A DNA stretch of 63,223 nt, the filler included, from Octopus bimaculoides (lineage: Eukaryota): NCBI RefSeq assembly GCF_001194135.2. It is 5 parts of 5 records of this genome, joined end to end, with 100 filler letters (N's around TTAATTAATTAA, not from the genome) between each part and the next. Parts side by side here need not be neighbours in the genome. Positions count along the whole stretch, not along the records: positions 22,479 to 44,999 come from NC_069010.1; 4 more parts are not named here. One strand, given 5' to 3'. The position numbers and the translations under genes were made by a program. Below, in pieces: positions 25,361-37,526 of this stretch. The stretch's first letter is position 1, and the number at the start of each line of letters is the position of its first letter. A model generated the notes under the pieces. The model was not told where the DNA came from, did no database searches, and worked only from the letters and a program-made list of their open reading frames with translations.

Positions 25361-26809
25361 TTACAAAGAAGAAACCCAGAGGTTAATACATACATATATA
25401 TACATATGCATATACATATATATGTATGTATATATATGTATATATNNNNNNNNNNNNNNNNNNNNNNNNNNNNNNNNNNNNNNNNNNNNNNNNNNNNNNN
25501 NNNNNNNNNNNNNNNNNNNNNNNNNNNNNNNNNNNNNNNNNNNNNNNNNNNNNNNNNNNNNNNNNNNNNNNNNNNNNNNNNNNNNNNNNNNNNNNNNNNN
25601 NNNNNNNNNNNNNNNNNNNNNNNNNNNNNNNNNNNNNNNNNNNNNNNNNNNNNNNNNNNNNNNNNNNNNNNNNNNNNNNNNNNNNNNNNNNNNNNNNNNN
25701 NNNNNNNNNNNNNNNNNNNNNNNNNNNNNNNNNNNNNNNNNNTATATATATATATATATATATCAACTGGATTATATATATACACAAATGAAAATAGAAG
25801 CATGAAAAACAACAAAAATTAAAGGGACATACACATTAAATGTATTAGTTGATGCTACGTTTAAGATGGATAAAAGAGGATGTGTAACATTTCGAGCATG
25901 GCTCTTTGTCAGAAAAAGGAAAAGTGAAAGAACCAGAGAGAAGGAAATAATAGACCGAGAAAATTAATCGTGTGTCAAAATGGCTGAAGGACCAGAAGTT
26001 GAGGTTGATAGAGAAAGTGGATTTTGTTGGTAGGAGAGTGCGAAAATGGTCAATGTATGTGTGTAGTTGTATGTAAGTGTGTGTGTATGTTTGTGATTAT
26101 GTCAGTGATGAATGCCCGAGACTATAGTAGGAGAGACTAATCAAAGCTGTTACGCAGTTATGTTGAACCTGTAACCATAGTGTTGGGAAGAAAACTTTTG
26201 TACAACACAACAGTTATAACCTCACGCTATAACTAGTTTTATAACATCTAATGGAAATGGGGTTCTACCCGATTAAATTAGAACTTAAGGGTGCGCATGA
26301 AATATAAGTGACAAACGGAGGATAATCCGCGAGAAATATGGCTTATTTAGTAAAATATTTTTTAATATTAAGACCTAATTATACATAATTTGCCAAGTTC
26401 AGAAAAGCAATCGAAATCGATGAAGCGGTGTAGTATACATCTATTATATTTGTATCGGAGAAGTCTGTCTCTGTTGAAAGGAGATTGAATATTTGGAAGC
26501 AAAATTCACTTAGCAATGCCAAAATGAAGGAAAAAGACATGCTTGCAAAGTAATTACAGTGCCTCTACAGGCAAATATTCATGTATCCCTTGTGTAACCA
26601 ATGTTGTAGATCAAGGATTGAGATGTACGTTAATCAAAGGATCCAAAAAGAAAGACAATTGTCAATGGATTCAAGTATTACACTCAATAAAAAGGACCCA
26701 GGTTATTTACTCACCAAATAAATGTAATAATACAAGAAAATATTTAGGAGAATTGGCTGTTTTTTCTAGCACATCGCATCGCCACCACCTACTTTCTATA
26801 TTTCTGTAT

Positions 26810-26999
26810 ACATGAGTGTCCGTGTGGTAAGAAGCTTGCTTCCCAGCCACATGGTTCCGGGTTCAATCCCACAGAGTGGCACCTTGGGCAAATGTTTTCT
26901 ACTACGGCCTTGGGCCTATCAAAGTCTTGTGGTAGACCTTGTGGTATTTGGTAGACCGAAAGTGAAAGAAGGCTTTCGAATATGTGTGTGTGTGTGTGT

Positions 27000-27037
<38 letters not shown>

Positions 27038-27200
27038 CTCCTCCTCATTGTTTGAAACCAAAGGTGGTGTACTAACATCTCCGTAATATAGCGGCTCGGC
27101 AAAATGACCGATAGAATTGGTAGTAGGCTTCTAATGAGTAAGTCCTAAGATTCTATGGTCCAGCATGGCCGGAGTCAAATGACAAGCAAGTACAAGAACA
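26810..27200 (+). mobile_element. tRNA/CORE-like SINE with (TG)n and 3' tail
   Basis: GTGTGGTAAGAAGCTTGCTT..GGTTCAATCCC..CACCTTGGGCAA head; CCAGCATGGCC..AGTCAAATGAC tail. Confidence 0.7.
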
Positions 27201-27269
27201 AAAGATTAATGAATATAATTAAAGAAAATATTTTTGTCTACATTTTTGTCTACATGTAACTAAAATAAA

Positions 27270-27510
27270 ATTTAGGAGATTTAGCTGTTGTTTCAAGCAC
27301 GTCTTACGACCAGCTGCTACCTACAACGTTTTTGTTTACATGTATTTAAAGAAATCATTTAGGAGAATTATCTGTTGTTTCTAGCACATCGCATGACCCC
27401 GTCGTAACTACGACTTTTTTCTGTATATGTAATTAACGAAAATATTTAAGGTGTTTAGCTGTTGTTTCTAGTATATAGCATAACCACCTCCTATCTTCCA
27501 CTTTTGTCTG
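27270..27510 (+). repeat. Outlying monomers of the 87-bp satellite
   Basis: TTTAGCTGTTGTTTCTAGCACATCGCATGACC motif about three times; a further monomer at about 26740-26790. Confidence 0.75.
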
Positions 27511-28341
27511 GAAATACCCGACGGATTCTATAAAAGCCAATTGTGGTATCATGTCTAGTTTATATGAAATCTGATCAGCTGACTTTTCGGCAATTTCCGT
27601 AAAGAATCTTTATTTATTTTTGTTTTCATGTCCGGTTAAAGTCGGTGAGCGAGGTGAAATTTGGAGCACGCGCTCGCACACACCCGTGCACGCGCGCTCG
27701 CATTCATCCTTTTCCATTCATACAAAAACACACACATACTTACAGATATACATATAAATATACATACATTCATACCTACATATTTCCATGCAAGCATACA
27801 AATATACATACATACGTACACATACACACATAATTACATACATATATTGATATGAATATACATGCATACATACATGCGTACAGACATGCGTACATACATA
27901 TACACATACTACATAAAAGTACACGCACATACATAAAAAATTATATATAGTTACAGAAAAAGATATATACATATATACATAGAAATATAGATACATGCAC
28001 CCATGCATACATAATACGTACACACATACATTCATACATACACAGAAGTGCAAATACATATATACACATAAAAAATACATACAAATCTACACACATACAT
28101 ATATACAATATATACATTCATACATAGATATTTGTATGATTATTACTGAAATGAAATTTATTTTCGTCATAAATAAATAATTAGACAGTTAATAGCTTTT
28201 TGTATTTGCAAAGTTTGGGTAATTTCAGTCAATCTGACATCAGAAAATCAGACACAAGTAAGAAACCATAATGTATTTCACTAGAATTATTATTTGTTTA
28301 CAAGAGCTTGACAGGCGTCTTCGACTAGCAGGTCATGCTAC

Positions 28342-28384
28342 TCCAGACTGATGACGAGCAAAGACTCAGAAAAATGTCTCTGGA
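28342..28384 (+). ncRNA. Degenerate type I hammerhead-like fold
   Basis: TCCAGA/TCTGGA stem I, CTGATGA, GAG/CTC stem II, GAAA, GTC. Mismatches at the base of stems II and III. Confidence 0.4.
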
Positions 28385-28599
28385 TGCAGGCTTAGCTGGG
28401 TGGAGGTGCTTGTCTCCCGCTTGTAAACATAAGGACACAGGAAATGGTGTCAAGGCCGACAGGAAGCGGTGCAGCTTCCTAGGTCTAACCAACAGTAGTA
28501 TTATTCCCTTCAGAGGACTGTCACATTAAGTTGACAACATACAACTATTTCATCGTATTACTACTGCATAAATCTCTCTGAGAGATTTAGAAATGTATT

Positions 28600-29200
28600 A
28601 TTTCTAAATTTGTTTTCATCTGTTTTCCTGCTTGTACCCAAAATTTTCTGCTCTTAAAACAATAAAATGTGCTGTTTACTCAATTTTTGTTCCATTGTGC
28701 TATGGTCACAATGTAGAAATTATTGTTTTGTCTTCTTACGATTAAAGTCACGCACAAATTAACAGCTTCCAAATCTTGTTTCCTGATTGGTTAAACACAT
28801 CAAACTTACTACCGTAACTTTTTCGAAAAATTTCTGGAACTAGTGACTAAATCCTAGCGATTCAACTTGAACATTTACATAAATTCACGAAATTAGCGAA
28901 TTTTCACTTAATTCTAAAATTTCAGCTCATGATAAACAATTATATATTGAGGCAGATTTCTGTTCTAAGCATTTCATATAACGTATCATAGTTTTATTTT
29001 GGGCGATTTCCAGAAAACTTTTGCGAATTTGTGTTCTACATAATGTGGTTTCTTATGGTTATGTAAAGAAGAAATTATTGTATATCATCAATACATTACA
29101 GAGTGACAAAGTATCAAGGGATGTGCTAGAAATAGCAGCTAAATGTCACTTAGATCACTTTCAAGAATGAAAATATTTCTCATTTATTTTTTGCACAATG
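28600..29200. repeat. Diverged ~600-bp block duplicated at about 33430-34050
   Basis: Shared collinear anchors ACAGCTTC.AAATC.TGTTTCCTGATTGG, AAAATTTCAGCTCA, AATTTGTGTTCTACA, CAGCTAAATGTCACTT. Confidence 0.75.
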
Positions 29201-29289
29201 CATTTAGAAAGGATAGGAAAGCACCTATCAGTCAGAAGATAAAAGAAATTGAATGTGTCTTCAGGTGAAATGACGATTTAAAAGAGATT

Positions 29290-31397
29290 TCTTTCTAGCA
29301 CATCGCTTGAGCAGCTTCTACCTTCAAAGTTTTGTCTACAAATAATTAAAGAAAATATCTAGGATATTAAGCTGTTGTTTCTAGCACATCAGATGACAAC
29401 CTGCTTCCTTCCAAGCTTTAAATCAAATATTTTAATGATTTAGCTCTTGTTTCTAGCACATTGCATGACCACCTAGTACCTTCCACGTTTTTGTTTCATT
29501 GTATTAACAATAATCATTTTGGAGATTCAGCTGTTTTTTCTAGCACATTGAATGAGCACGTGCTACTTTCACGTTTTCTCCATATGTAATGAAAGAGAAT
29601 ATTTAGGATACTTGGCTGTTGTTTCTAGCTCATCACATGCCCACCTGCTACATTCCACGTTTTTGTCTACAAGTAATTAAAGAATATATTTATGCGATGT
29701 AGCTGTTGTGTCTAGCACATCGCATGACCCAGCTGCTACCTTCCACATTCTTATCTATAAGCAATTAAAGAAAATATTTCTGAGATTTAGCTGTATATTC
29801 TAGCAGATCGCATAACGTCATGCTGCCTTCTACGGTTTTGACTGCAAATAATGAAAAAAAATATTTAGGTTGTTTAGCTGCTGTTTCTAGCACATCGCAT
29901 GACAACCTGCTACACTCGAATTTTGGGTGTATGTAGTTAAAGAAAATGTTTAGATTTAACTGTTGTTTCTGGCACATGGCATGTCCACCTTTTTTGTCTA
30001 GATGTAATGAAAGAAAATAGTTAGGAGATTTAGCTCCTGTGTCTAGCACATCGCGTAACCAGCTACCACCTTCCACATTTTCTCTACATCCAATGAAAGA
30101 AAATATGAAGGTGATTTAACTGTTGCTTCTAGCAGATCGCATGACCACCTTCTAACTTCTGAGTGTAATTAAAGATTATAGTTAAGAGATTGAGCTGTTG
30201 TTTCTAGCACAACATATCGACAACTGCTACATTTTACGTTTGTCTACATGTAACTGAAGAAATTATTTAGGGAGTTAGCTTTGGTTTCTAGCACATCGAA
30301 TTAACCAACCACTACATTCCACGTTTATGCCTATATGTAATGAGAAAATTTAGGAGATTTAGCTCTTGTTTCTAGCACATCACATAACCACCTGCTATCT
30401 TTCACGTTTTGTCTTCTCGTATTTAAAGGAAATTATTAGATTTAATTGTTGTTTCTAGCACATCTAATGACCACCTGCAACCTTCCACGTTTTTGTCTTC
30501 ATGTAATTAAATGAAATATTTAGACTCGGCTATTGTTTCTCGCACTTCGTATGACCGCCTGTTACATTGCACGTTGCTTTGTACATGTAATTAAACGAAA
30601 TATTTTAGAGATTTTATTGTTGTTTCTAGCACATCGTATGTCAACCTGCTACTTTCGAAGATTTTGACTACATAAAATGTAATTATTTAGGAGATTTAGC
30701 CGTTGTTTTCAGCACATCGCGTAAGCACGTGCTACCTTCTAATTTTTTGACTACAAATAACAGAGGAAAAGAATTAGCTGCTGTATATGGCACATCGCAT
30801 TAGAACCTGCTACCTTCCAGATTTGGGTATATGTAAGTAAAATAAATATTTTGGAGATTTAGCTGTTGTTTCTGCCACATCTCATGACCACTTGCTATCT
30901 TTTGCATTTTCGTTTACATGGAATTTAAAAAAAAATTACATGATTTCCATTTGACAGATATTTGTCCTCATTTTGTTTGTTGATAACACAACGTTCTGGC
31001 TGATATACTCTCCAGCCTTCATCAGGTATCCTGGAGAAATTTTGAACCTGGGTTCTCATTCCTAAGGTATTTTCCCGATGTTGTTGTTATTATCATTATT
31101 ATTATTATTATTATTATTATCATTATTATCATTATTATTATTCAGTTCACTACCTGGAACCGAACTTGGAATCTTGGGGTTAGTAGCCCGCGCTCTTAAC
31201 CACTACGCCATATGCCCGTGGGCATATGGCGTAGTGGTTTAGAGCGCGGGTTACTAACCACAAGATTCCGAGTTCAATTTAAAAAAAAAAACATTTGGGA
31301 TTCAGCTGTTGTTTATAGCAGATCAAATTGCCAAATACCACCTTCCACGTTTGTGCCTATATATAATTAAAGGAAATATGTAGGTGGTTTAGCGGTT
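29290..31397 (+). repeat. Degenerate tandem satellite, ~87-bp monomer, about 19 units before the insertion and resuming to the gap
   Basis: (A/G)GCTG anchors at 29529, 29614, 29701, 29789 and 29876 give spacings of 85-88 bp. Confidence 0.9.
30936..31275 (-). mobile_element. Composite insertion: palindromic double tRNA-like head, (AAT)n and decayed hammerhead, flanked by a 14-bp TSD
   Basis: AATTTAAAAAAAAA at 30922-30935 and 31276-31289; 55-bp arms 31163-31217 and 31220-31274; reverse-strand CTGATGA at 31019-31025. Confidence 0.75.
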
Positions 31398-32574
31398 NNN
31401 NNNNNNNNNNNNNNNNNNNNNNNNNNNNNNNNNNNNNNNNNNNNNNNNNNNNNNNNNNNNNNNNNNNNNNNNNNNNNNNNNNNNNNNNNNNNNNNNNNNN
31501 NNNNNNNNNNNNNNNNNNNNNNNNNNNNNNNNNNNNNNNNNNNNNNNNNNNNNNNNNNNNNNNNNNNNNNNNNNNNNNNNNNNNNNNNNNNNNNNNNNNN
31601 NNNNNNNNNNNNNNNNNNNNNNNNNNNNNNNNNNNNNNNNNNNNNNNNNNNNNNNNNNNNNNNNNNNNNNNNNNNNNNNNNNNNNNNNNNNNNNNNNNNN
31701 NNNNNNNNNNNNNNNNNNNNNNNNNNNNNNNNNNNNNNNNNNNNNNNNNNNNNNNNNNNNNNNNNNNNNNNNNNNNNNNNNNNNNNNNNNNNNNNNNNNN
31801 NNNNNNNNNNNNNNNNNNNNNNNNNNNNNNNNNNNNNNNNNNNNNNNNNNNNNNNNNNNNNNNNNNNNNNNNNNNNNNNNNNNNNNNNNNNNNNNNNNNN
31901 NNNNNNNNNNNNNNNNNNNNNNNNNNNNNNNNNNNNNNNNNNNNNNNNNNNNNNNNNNNNNNNNNNNNNNNNNNNNNNNNNNNNNNNNNNNNNNNNNNNN
32001 NNNNNNNNNNNNNNNNNNNNNNNAGTAATAATAAAATGCAGGATAGAGTGATAGTAACTAGTCGAGTGAGTAGTGATTGGGGTTGTTTTTTATTTATTTT
32101 TTTTTAATAATTCCTTGGCTATCTATTTGGAATTTATCAGTTTTAACATTTGTGTGTGTGTGTTTTGTTCTAAGGTCGTGGTCGATATGTCATTCATTGT
32201 AGATGCGTTCAGAAGGGGTCTGTATTTTGTGATGAAGAGAGACTCTTTACTTATTATTTGGCTGTAGGTTGTATCGTCTCTGAATTGATAGAGGGGAAAG
32301 ATTCTGAAACTAGGATTTTTATTATTGGCGCAAATATCGATGTGTTAGCTGAATGCTATTTTTCTGTTGTGCAGAGCCATCCGTTGACGTAGGCTGTTTT
32401 TTGTTTGGCCTATGTATTGCACTTGACACCCAGAGCAGGTTGGTACGTATATCAGGTTCTATAGTACGACATGCACATACATTAACATACACACAAACGC
32501 ACACACACACGCAATCATTTTCATCGTTACAAATATACATATATACGCTGAAACACACATACAAAACTACATAT

Positions 32575-32886
32575 GCTGAGACTCCCTTCAGTCATGACTG
32601 ACCATGGGATTGCACCTAGAAACTTACCCTCCGAGGCACAAGTCTGGGCAAGGTAGTTTATGGGAGACCAGCAGTCGCCCATGCATACCAACTTCCCCTC
32701 TCATGCCACCTGTGTTATCCAAGGGAAAGGCAAAGGGGCCGATACAGCTTGGCATCTGTGACGTCGCTACTTATTTCTACAGCTGAGTGAACTGGAGCAA
32801 CGTGAAATAAAGTGTCTTGCTCAAGAACACAACACGTAGCCGGGTCCGGGATTCGACGCTCTAACCACTAAGCTATGCGCTTTCAC
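32575..32886 (-). mobile_element. Third tRNA-derived SINE family with a shortened head
   Basis: Reverse strand starts GCGCATAGCTTAGTGGTTAGAGCGTCGAATCCC (A box, B-box remnant) followed by GTTCTTGAGCAAGACACTTTATTTCACGTTGCTCC. Confidence 0.65.
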
Positions 32887-33239
32887 AAAAGTACATATAC
32901 ACACATATATACGCGTATACATGCAAAAATATATAGATAAAAATTATATGCATCCATAATATGTACATACAATTCTACATTCGTACAAATATACATACAC
33001 GCATACAAAATACATACTTTGGTACATACAGATATACATACATCCACATATACATTCATATATATACATACATAGAGCTATATATACATACATACACAGT
33101 AAAATACATACCAAAACTATATGCATACATATATACAAAGATAAATTCATCCATGTTTTTTTGTTAATTATTGAAATTAAATTAATTTTCGCCATAAATG
33201 GAAAACTAAACGGTTAGTAGGTTCTAAAATTTACAAATT

Positions 33240-33420
33240 TTTGCAAATTTCAGCCAATCGAACGCCACAGATTTAGTAAGGAACCAATTGTTCAACGTAT
33301 GCAAATTGTGGGAAAATTTAGCCAATGGAAAGGCTCATGAATAGTAAGTAACCGCTTGTTTTAAAAATTGCACATTGTGGGCAATTTTAGCCAATCGAAA
33401 ACCACAAATTTAGTTAGAAA
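33240..33420 (+). promoter_or_regulatory. Three ~68-bp units each carrying an AGCCAAT (CCAAT/NF-Y-like) box
   Basis: AGCCAAT at 33252, 33320 and 33389. Function not demonstrated. Confidence 0.3.
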
Positions 33421-34069
33421 ACAGTCGTTTAGAATCTGTTTTCCCGCTCGTAAACAACTTTCTCAGCTCTTAAATCTATAATAATGCTTTATTCCTTAAT
33501 GACTCGCATTAAATGGATATTGAATGTATAAAACTACAAGATATATGTTGTTAACAAATGTTTTGGCTATTTTCCGCATAGTAAATGCTTAAAACACGTG
33601 ATATCGTCGCAATGTTGATATTACTATTTTGTTGTCTTACAATAGATGTCAGGCACAAAATGACAGCTTCTAAATCCTGTTTCCTGATTGGCTACACATC
33701 ATCAAAGTTTGAAATTATTAAATGAAACCATGAGTTTCAACGTGAAAATTTACGTAAATCCACGAAATTTGAAAAGTATTATTTAATTTTAAAATTTCAG
33801 CTCAAAATAAACAATTTTAATTTGAGGCGCAATTCTGGTTTCCATATAACATTTTTATAGCTTTTTAATTTTGTGGAAATTTCCTAAAATTTTTGCCAAT
33901 TTGTGTTCTACAAAATGTGCATTAATATGGTTATGGAAATAATGATTGAGTGGCAAAGAATCAATGAATATGCTAAAATAACAGCTAAATGTCACTTAAA
34001 TCACTTATACGTCTGAAAATATTTACAATTTCCTTTTTGCACTATTTTTCTGTTGAAAATGCAATGTAG

Positions 34070-34470
34070 GGGAGATTTAGCTGTTGTTTTTTGTACATCA
34101 CATGCTTACATGCTACCTTTCTCGATATTGTCGACATGCAGTTATAAACATATTCAGAAGATGTAGCTGTTGTTTCTTGCACATAGCACAACCACCTCCC
34201 ACCTTCCACATTTTTCTACATTTATTTAAAGAATATATTTAGATTTAGCAGTATTTTCTAGCACAACGCCTAATCACCTACGACTATCAACGTGTTTTTG
34301 CAACAAATAATTAAATAAATAATCAGGAGGATTAGATATTGTTTCTAGTACATCGCATGATGACCTGTTAACTTCAGTTTTTGGTATATGTAATAAAGAA
34401 AATATTTAGGAGATTTAGCTGTTCTTTCTAGCTTCTCCCATTACCACCTGCTAGCCTCCACGTTTCGTTT
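34070..34470 (+). repeat. Second array of the 87-bp satellite, about five units
   Basis: GATTTAGCTGTTGTTT..CACATC motif repeated. Confidence 0.8.
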
Positions 34471-34979
34471 ACTTGGCTGGCTTCCACTTTCTTGTGTATA
34501 TGTCATGGAAGAAAATATTTAGAACGATTAAGTTGTGTTTCTTCGGTTAAACCAAAGCGTTTGACCCGAGAACAAAAACAAAACAAAAATAGTGTANNNN
34601 NNNNNNNNNNNNNNNNNNNNNNNNNNNNNNNNNNNNNNNNNNNNNNNNNNNNNNNNNNNNNNNNNNNNNNNNNNNNNNNNNNNNNNNNNNNNNNNNAAAC
34701 TTGTTTGCAGTATCTGCCCTGGTGGTGTGAGTTCAATATCCAGTAAGGTCAATTTTGCCTCCCTTTTATTCTATGGCCGATAAAGAACCAGTCAAGTACT
34801 GAAATAGATTTGCCATCACTTTTGTGTTGCTTATTTTGTTCTCCTTCCTCCTGCTCTACCACTTCTCTGTTTCTATATTGAAGACATTGGCAGTGGTTAC
34901 ATATGTCGAGAGAATGGCTCCTCTAGATTTAAAAATGCCTTAAACACATATGTCACGCTGCTAGGTTTACAACAGTGAA

Positions 34980-35213
34980 ACACTTGAATCTTCCAGTTTG
35001 TCTATATCCAACCTAATACATGTGGATTGTTTCTTGTGGGTCCTTATCAGTTTGAGTCTCATGGTCATCTGGACAAAACCACTATCATTGTTGACATCAC
35101 CACAGGCAATGCCCTACTCCTGAAACTGTTGATGGTGGACTTGAACTAGCAGTATACAGAATTATTTGGGGGACATAACTTTCGCAAGCCAGGAGGAGGT
35201 CAAAACTGACATT
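34980..35213 (-). mobile_element. Decayed RTE-like LINE fragment (end of AP endonuclease)
   Basis: Reverse strand reads CGDVNNDSGFVQMTMRLKLIRTHKKQSTCIRLDIDKLED, resembling GADxxSDHxLVxxxxRLKL..RxDxxKL. Confidence 0.45.
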
Positions 35214-36208
35214 NNNNNNNNNNNNNNNNNNNNNNNNNNNNNNNNNNNNNNNNNNNNNNNNNNNNNNNNNNNNNNNNNNNNNNNNNNNNNNNNNNNNNNN
35301 NNNNNNNNGAAAGTACATTGATGATTAAATTTCAATTAAATATAACATTTGATCATTTCTTTTCTTTATTCAAAATTCGGACAGAACTTATGGGATGACC
35401 TGACATGTGTATATGTATGCATATGCATNNNNNNNNNNNNNNNNNNNNNNNNNNNNNNNNNNNNNNNNNNNNNNNNNNNNNNNNNNNNNNNNNNNNNNNN
35501 NNNNNNNNNNNNNNNNNNNNNNNNNNNNNNNNNNNNNNNNNNNNNNNNNNNNNNNNNNNNNNNNNNNNNNNNNNNNNNNNNNNNNNNNNNNNNNNNNNNN
35601 NNNNNNNNNNNNNNNNNNNNNNNNNNNNNNNNNNNNNNNNNNNNNNNNNNNNNNNNNNNNNNNNNNNNNNNNNNNNNNNNNNNNNNNNNNNNNNNNNNNN
35701 NNNNNNNNNNNNNNNNNNNNNNNNNNNNNNNNNNNNNNNNNNNNNNNNNNNNNNNNNNNNNNNNNNNNNNNNNNNNNNNNNNNNNNNNNNNNNNNNNNNN
35801 NNNNNNNNNNNNNNNNNNNNNNNNNNNNNNNNNNNNNNNNNNNNNNNNNNNNNNNNNNNNNNNNNNNNNNNNNNNNNNNNNNNNNNNNNNNNNNNNNNNN
35901 NNNNNNNNNNNNNNNNNNNNNNNNNNNNNNNNNNNNNNNNNNNNNNNNNNNNNNNNNNNNNNNNNNNNNNNNNNNNNNNNNNNNNNNNNNNNNNNNNNNN
36001 NNNNNNNNNNNNNNNNNNNNNNNNNNNNNNNNNNNNNNNNNNNNNNNNNNNNNNNNNNNNNNNNNNNNNNNNNNNNNNNNNNNNNNNNNNNNNNNNNNNN
36101 NNNNNNNNNNNNNNNNNNNNNNNNNNNNNNNNNNNNNNNNNNNNNNNNNNNNNNNNNNNNNNNNNNNNNNNNNNNNNNNNNNNNNNNNNNNNNNNNNNNN
36201 NNNNNNNC

Positions 36209-36457
36209 AATATGAAGCAGTATAAGGAATGGCTTAGCCCTGGTAAACAAGCAACATCGTGTGTGAAACATGATCTTCATCTGCGTAAAATGATGTTGTG
36301 CATATGGTGGGACTGGGAAGGNNNNNNNNNNTGGGACTGGGAAGGGATTATCCATTACGAATTGCTTGAACAGAACCAAATAGTCAACACAGAACTCTAT
36401 GTTCAATGGATGGAACGACTCAACATGACTATTCAAGAGAAAAGACCTAATTGTCAG
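36209..36457 (+). mobile_element. Mariner transposase fragment
   Basis: KMMLCIWWDWEGIIHYELLEQNQIVNTELYVQWMERL matches the mariner K.ML.VWWD..G.I.YELL..G.TVN...Y motif. Confidence 0.85.
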
Positions 36458-36554
36458 NNNNNNNNNNNNNNNNNNNNNNNNNNNAAACGCATGGCTGGGA
36501 AGTGCATACCTCAAAATGTACTCTCTGAGGAATGGTCCATTGCTCAAGATGAAC

Positions 36555-37131
36555 AGTGTCTCCACCTAACAAAGATTTGATCCACAGATCTATAGCTCCA
36601 GANNNNNNNNNNATTTGATCCACAGATCTATAGCTCCAGACATACATTGTCTCCATCTTGCTGAGATACGATCCATAAATCCAAGTTCAAGATATACAGT
36701 GTCTCCACCTAACAAAGATTTGATCCACAGATCTATAGCTCCAGANNNNNNNNNNNNNNNNNNNNNNNNNNNNNNNNNNNNNNNNNNNNNNNNNNNNNNN
36801 NNNNNNNNNNNNNNNNNNNNNNNNNNNNNNNNNNNNNNNNNNNNNNNNNNNNNNNNNNNNNNNNNNNNNNNNNNNNNNNNNNNNNNNNNNNNNNNNNNNN
36901 NNNNNNNNNNNNNNNNNNNNNNNNNNNNNNNNNNNNNNNNNNNNNNNNNNNNNNNNNNNNNNNNNNNNNNNNNNNNNNNNNNNNNNNNNNNNNNNNNNNN
37001 NNNNNNNNNNNNNNNNNNNNNNNNNNNNNNNNNNNNNNNNNNNNNNNNNNNNNNNNNNNNNNNNNNNNNNNNNNNNNNNNNNNNNNGATATGATCCATAA
37101 ATCCAAGTTCAAGATATACAGTGTCTCCACC
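36555..37131. repeat. Unresolved minisatellite around gaps
   Basis: GTGTCTCCACCT..GATCCA blocks recur on both sides of the N runs. Confidence 0.55.
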
Positions 37132-37442
37132 TGGTTGATGGACAGACTATACATTATTCCATTATTCAGGATTTAATTGTAACCAATCAGACTGTAATAA
37201 GCAGAATAATGTAGCTGACCAAGAAACACAACATAATGACTGTTGTTAGGTTTGTTAGTGTCAAGAAGAACATTCAGATATGAATAATAATTTAGAGAAA
37301 CTGGATTTTCCAATATTTGTAATATTTTATGTGATATGTTAAAACCAACAACTTCTCTGTATTGTTGTTCACCTCATTTTATAAATTTTTTGTAAGACTA
37401 TCTTTGTTTCTTTCTTTTGCTAGTAAATTCCATTTAAAAGAA

Positions 37443-37526
37443 ATGGCAGATCATGATATTTTGAGCAAAATTATATCTGGTGACGAATACCATATTAAAA
37501 AATTTGTTGAAAACAATCAAAATGAA
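37443..37526 (+). CDS. Ankyrin-repeat protein, first visible coding exon (MADHDILSKIISGDEYHIKKFVENNQNE)
   Basis: 84 nt ending at a GTAAG donor in phase 0. A pyrimidine tract plus AG at 37421-37423 suggests the exon starts at 37424 and that an upstream exon exists. It splices in frame to the 39812 exon. Confidence 0.65.

Noticed and set aside
29765-30076. 103-aa ORF with a 29-aa periodicity; array superficially CRISPR-like
   Set aside because: Reverse translation of the 87-bp satellite; most monomers carry stops. No unique spacers or cas genes, and the context is eukaryotic.
31163-31274. Functional tRNA genes
   Set aside because: No acceptor stem pairing and degenerate B boxes; SINE-type heads only.
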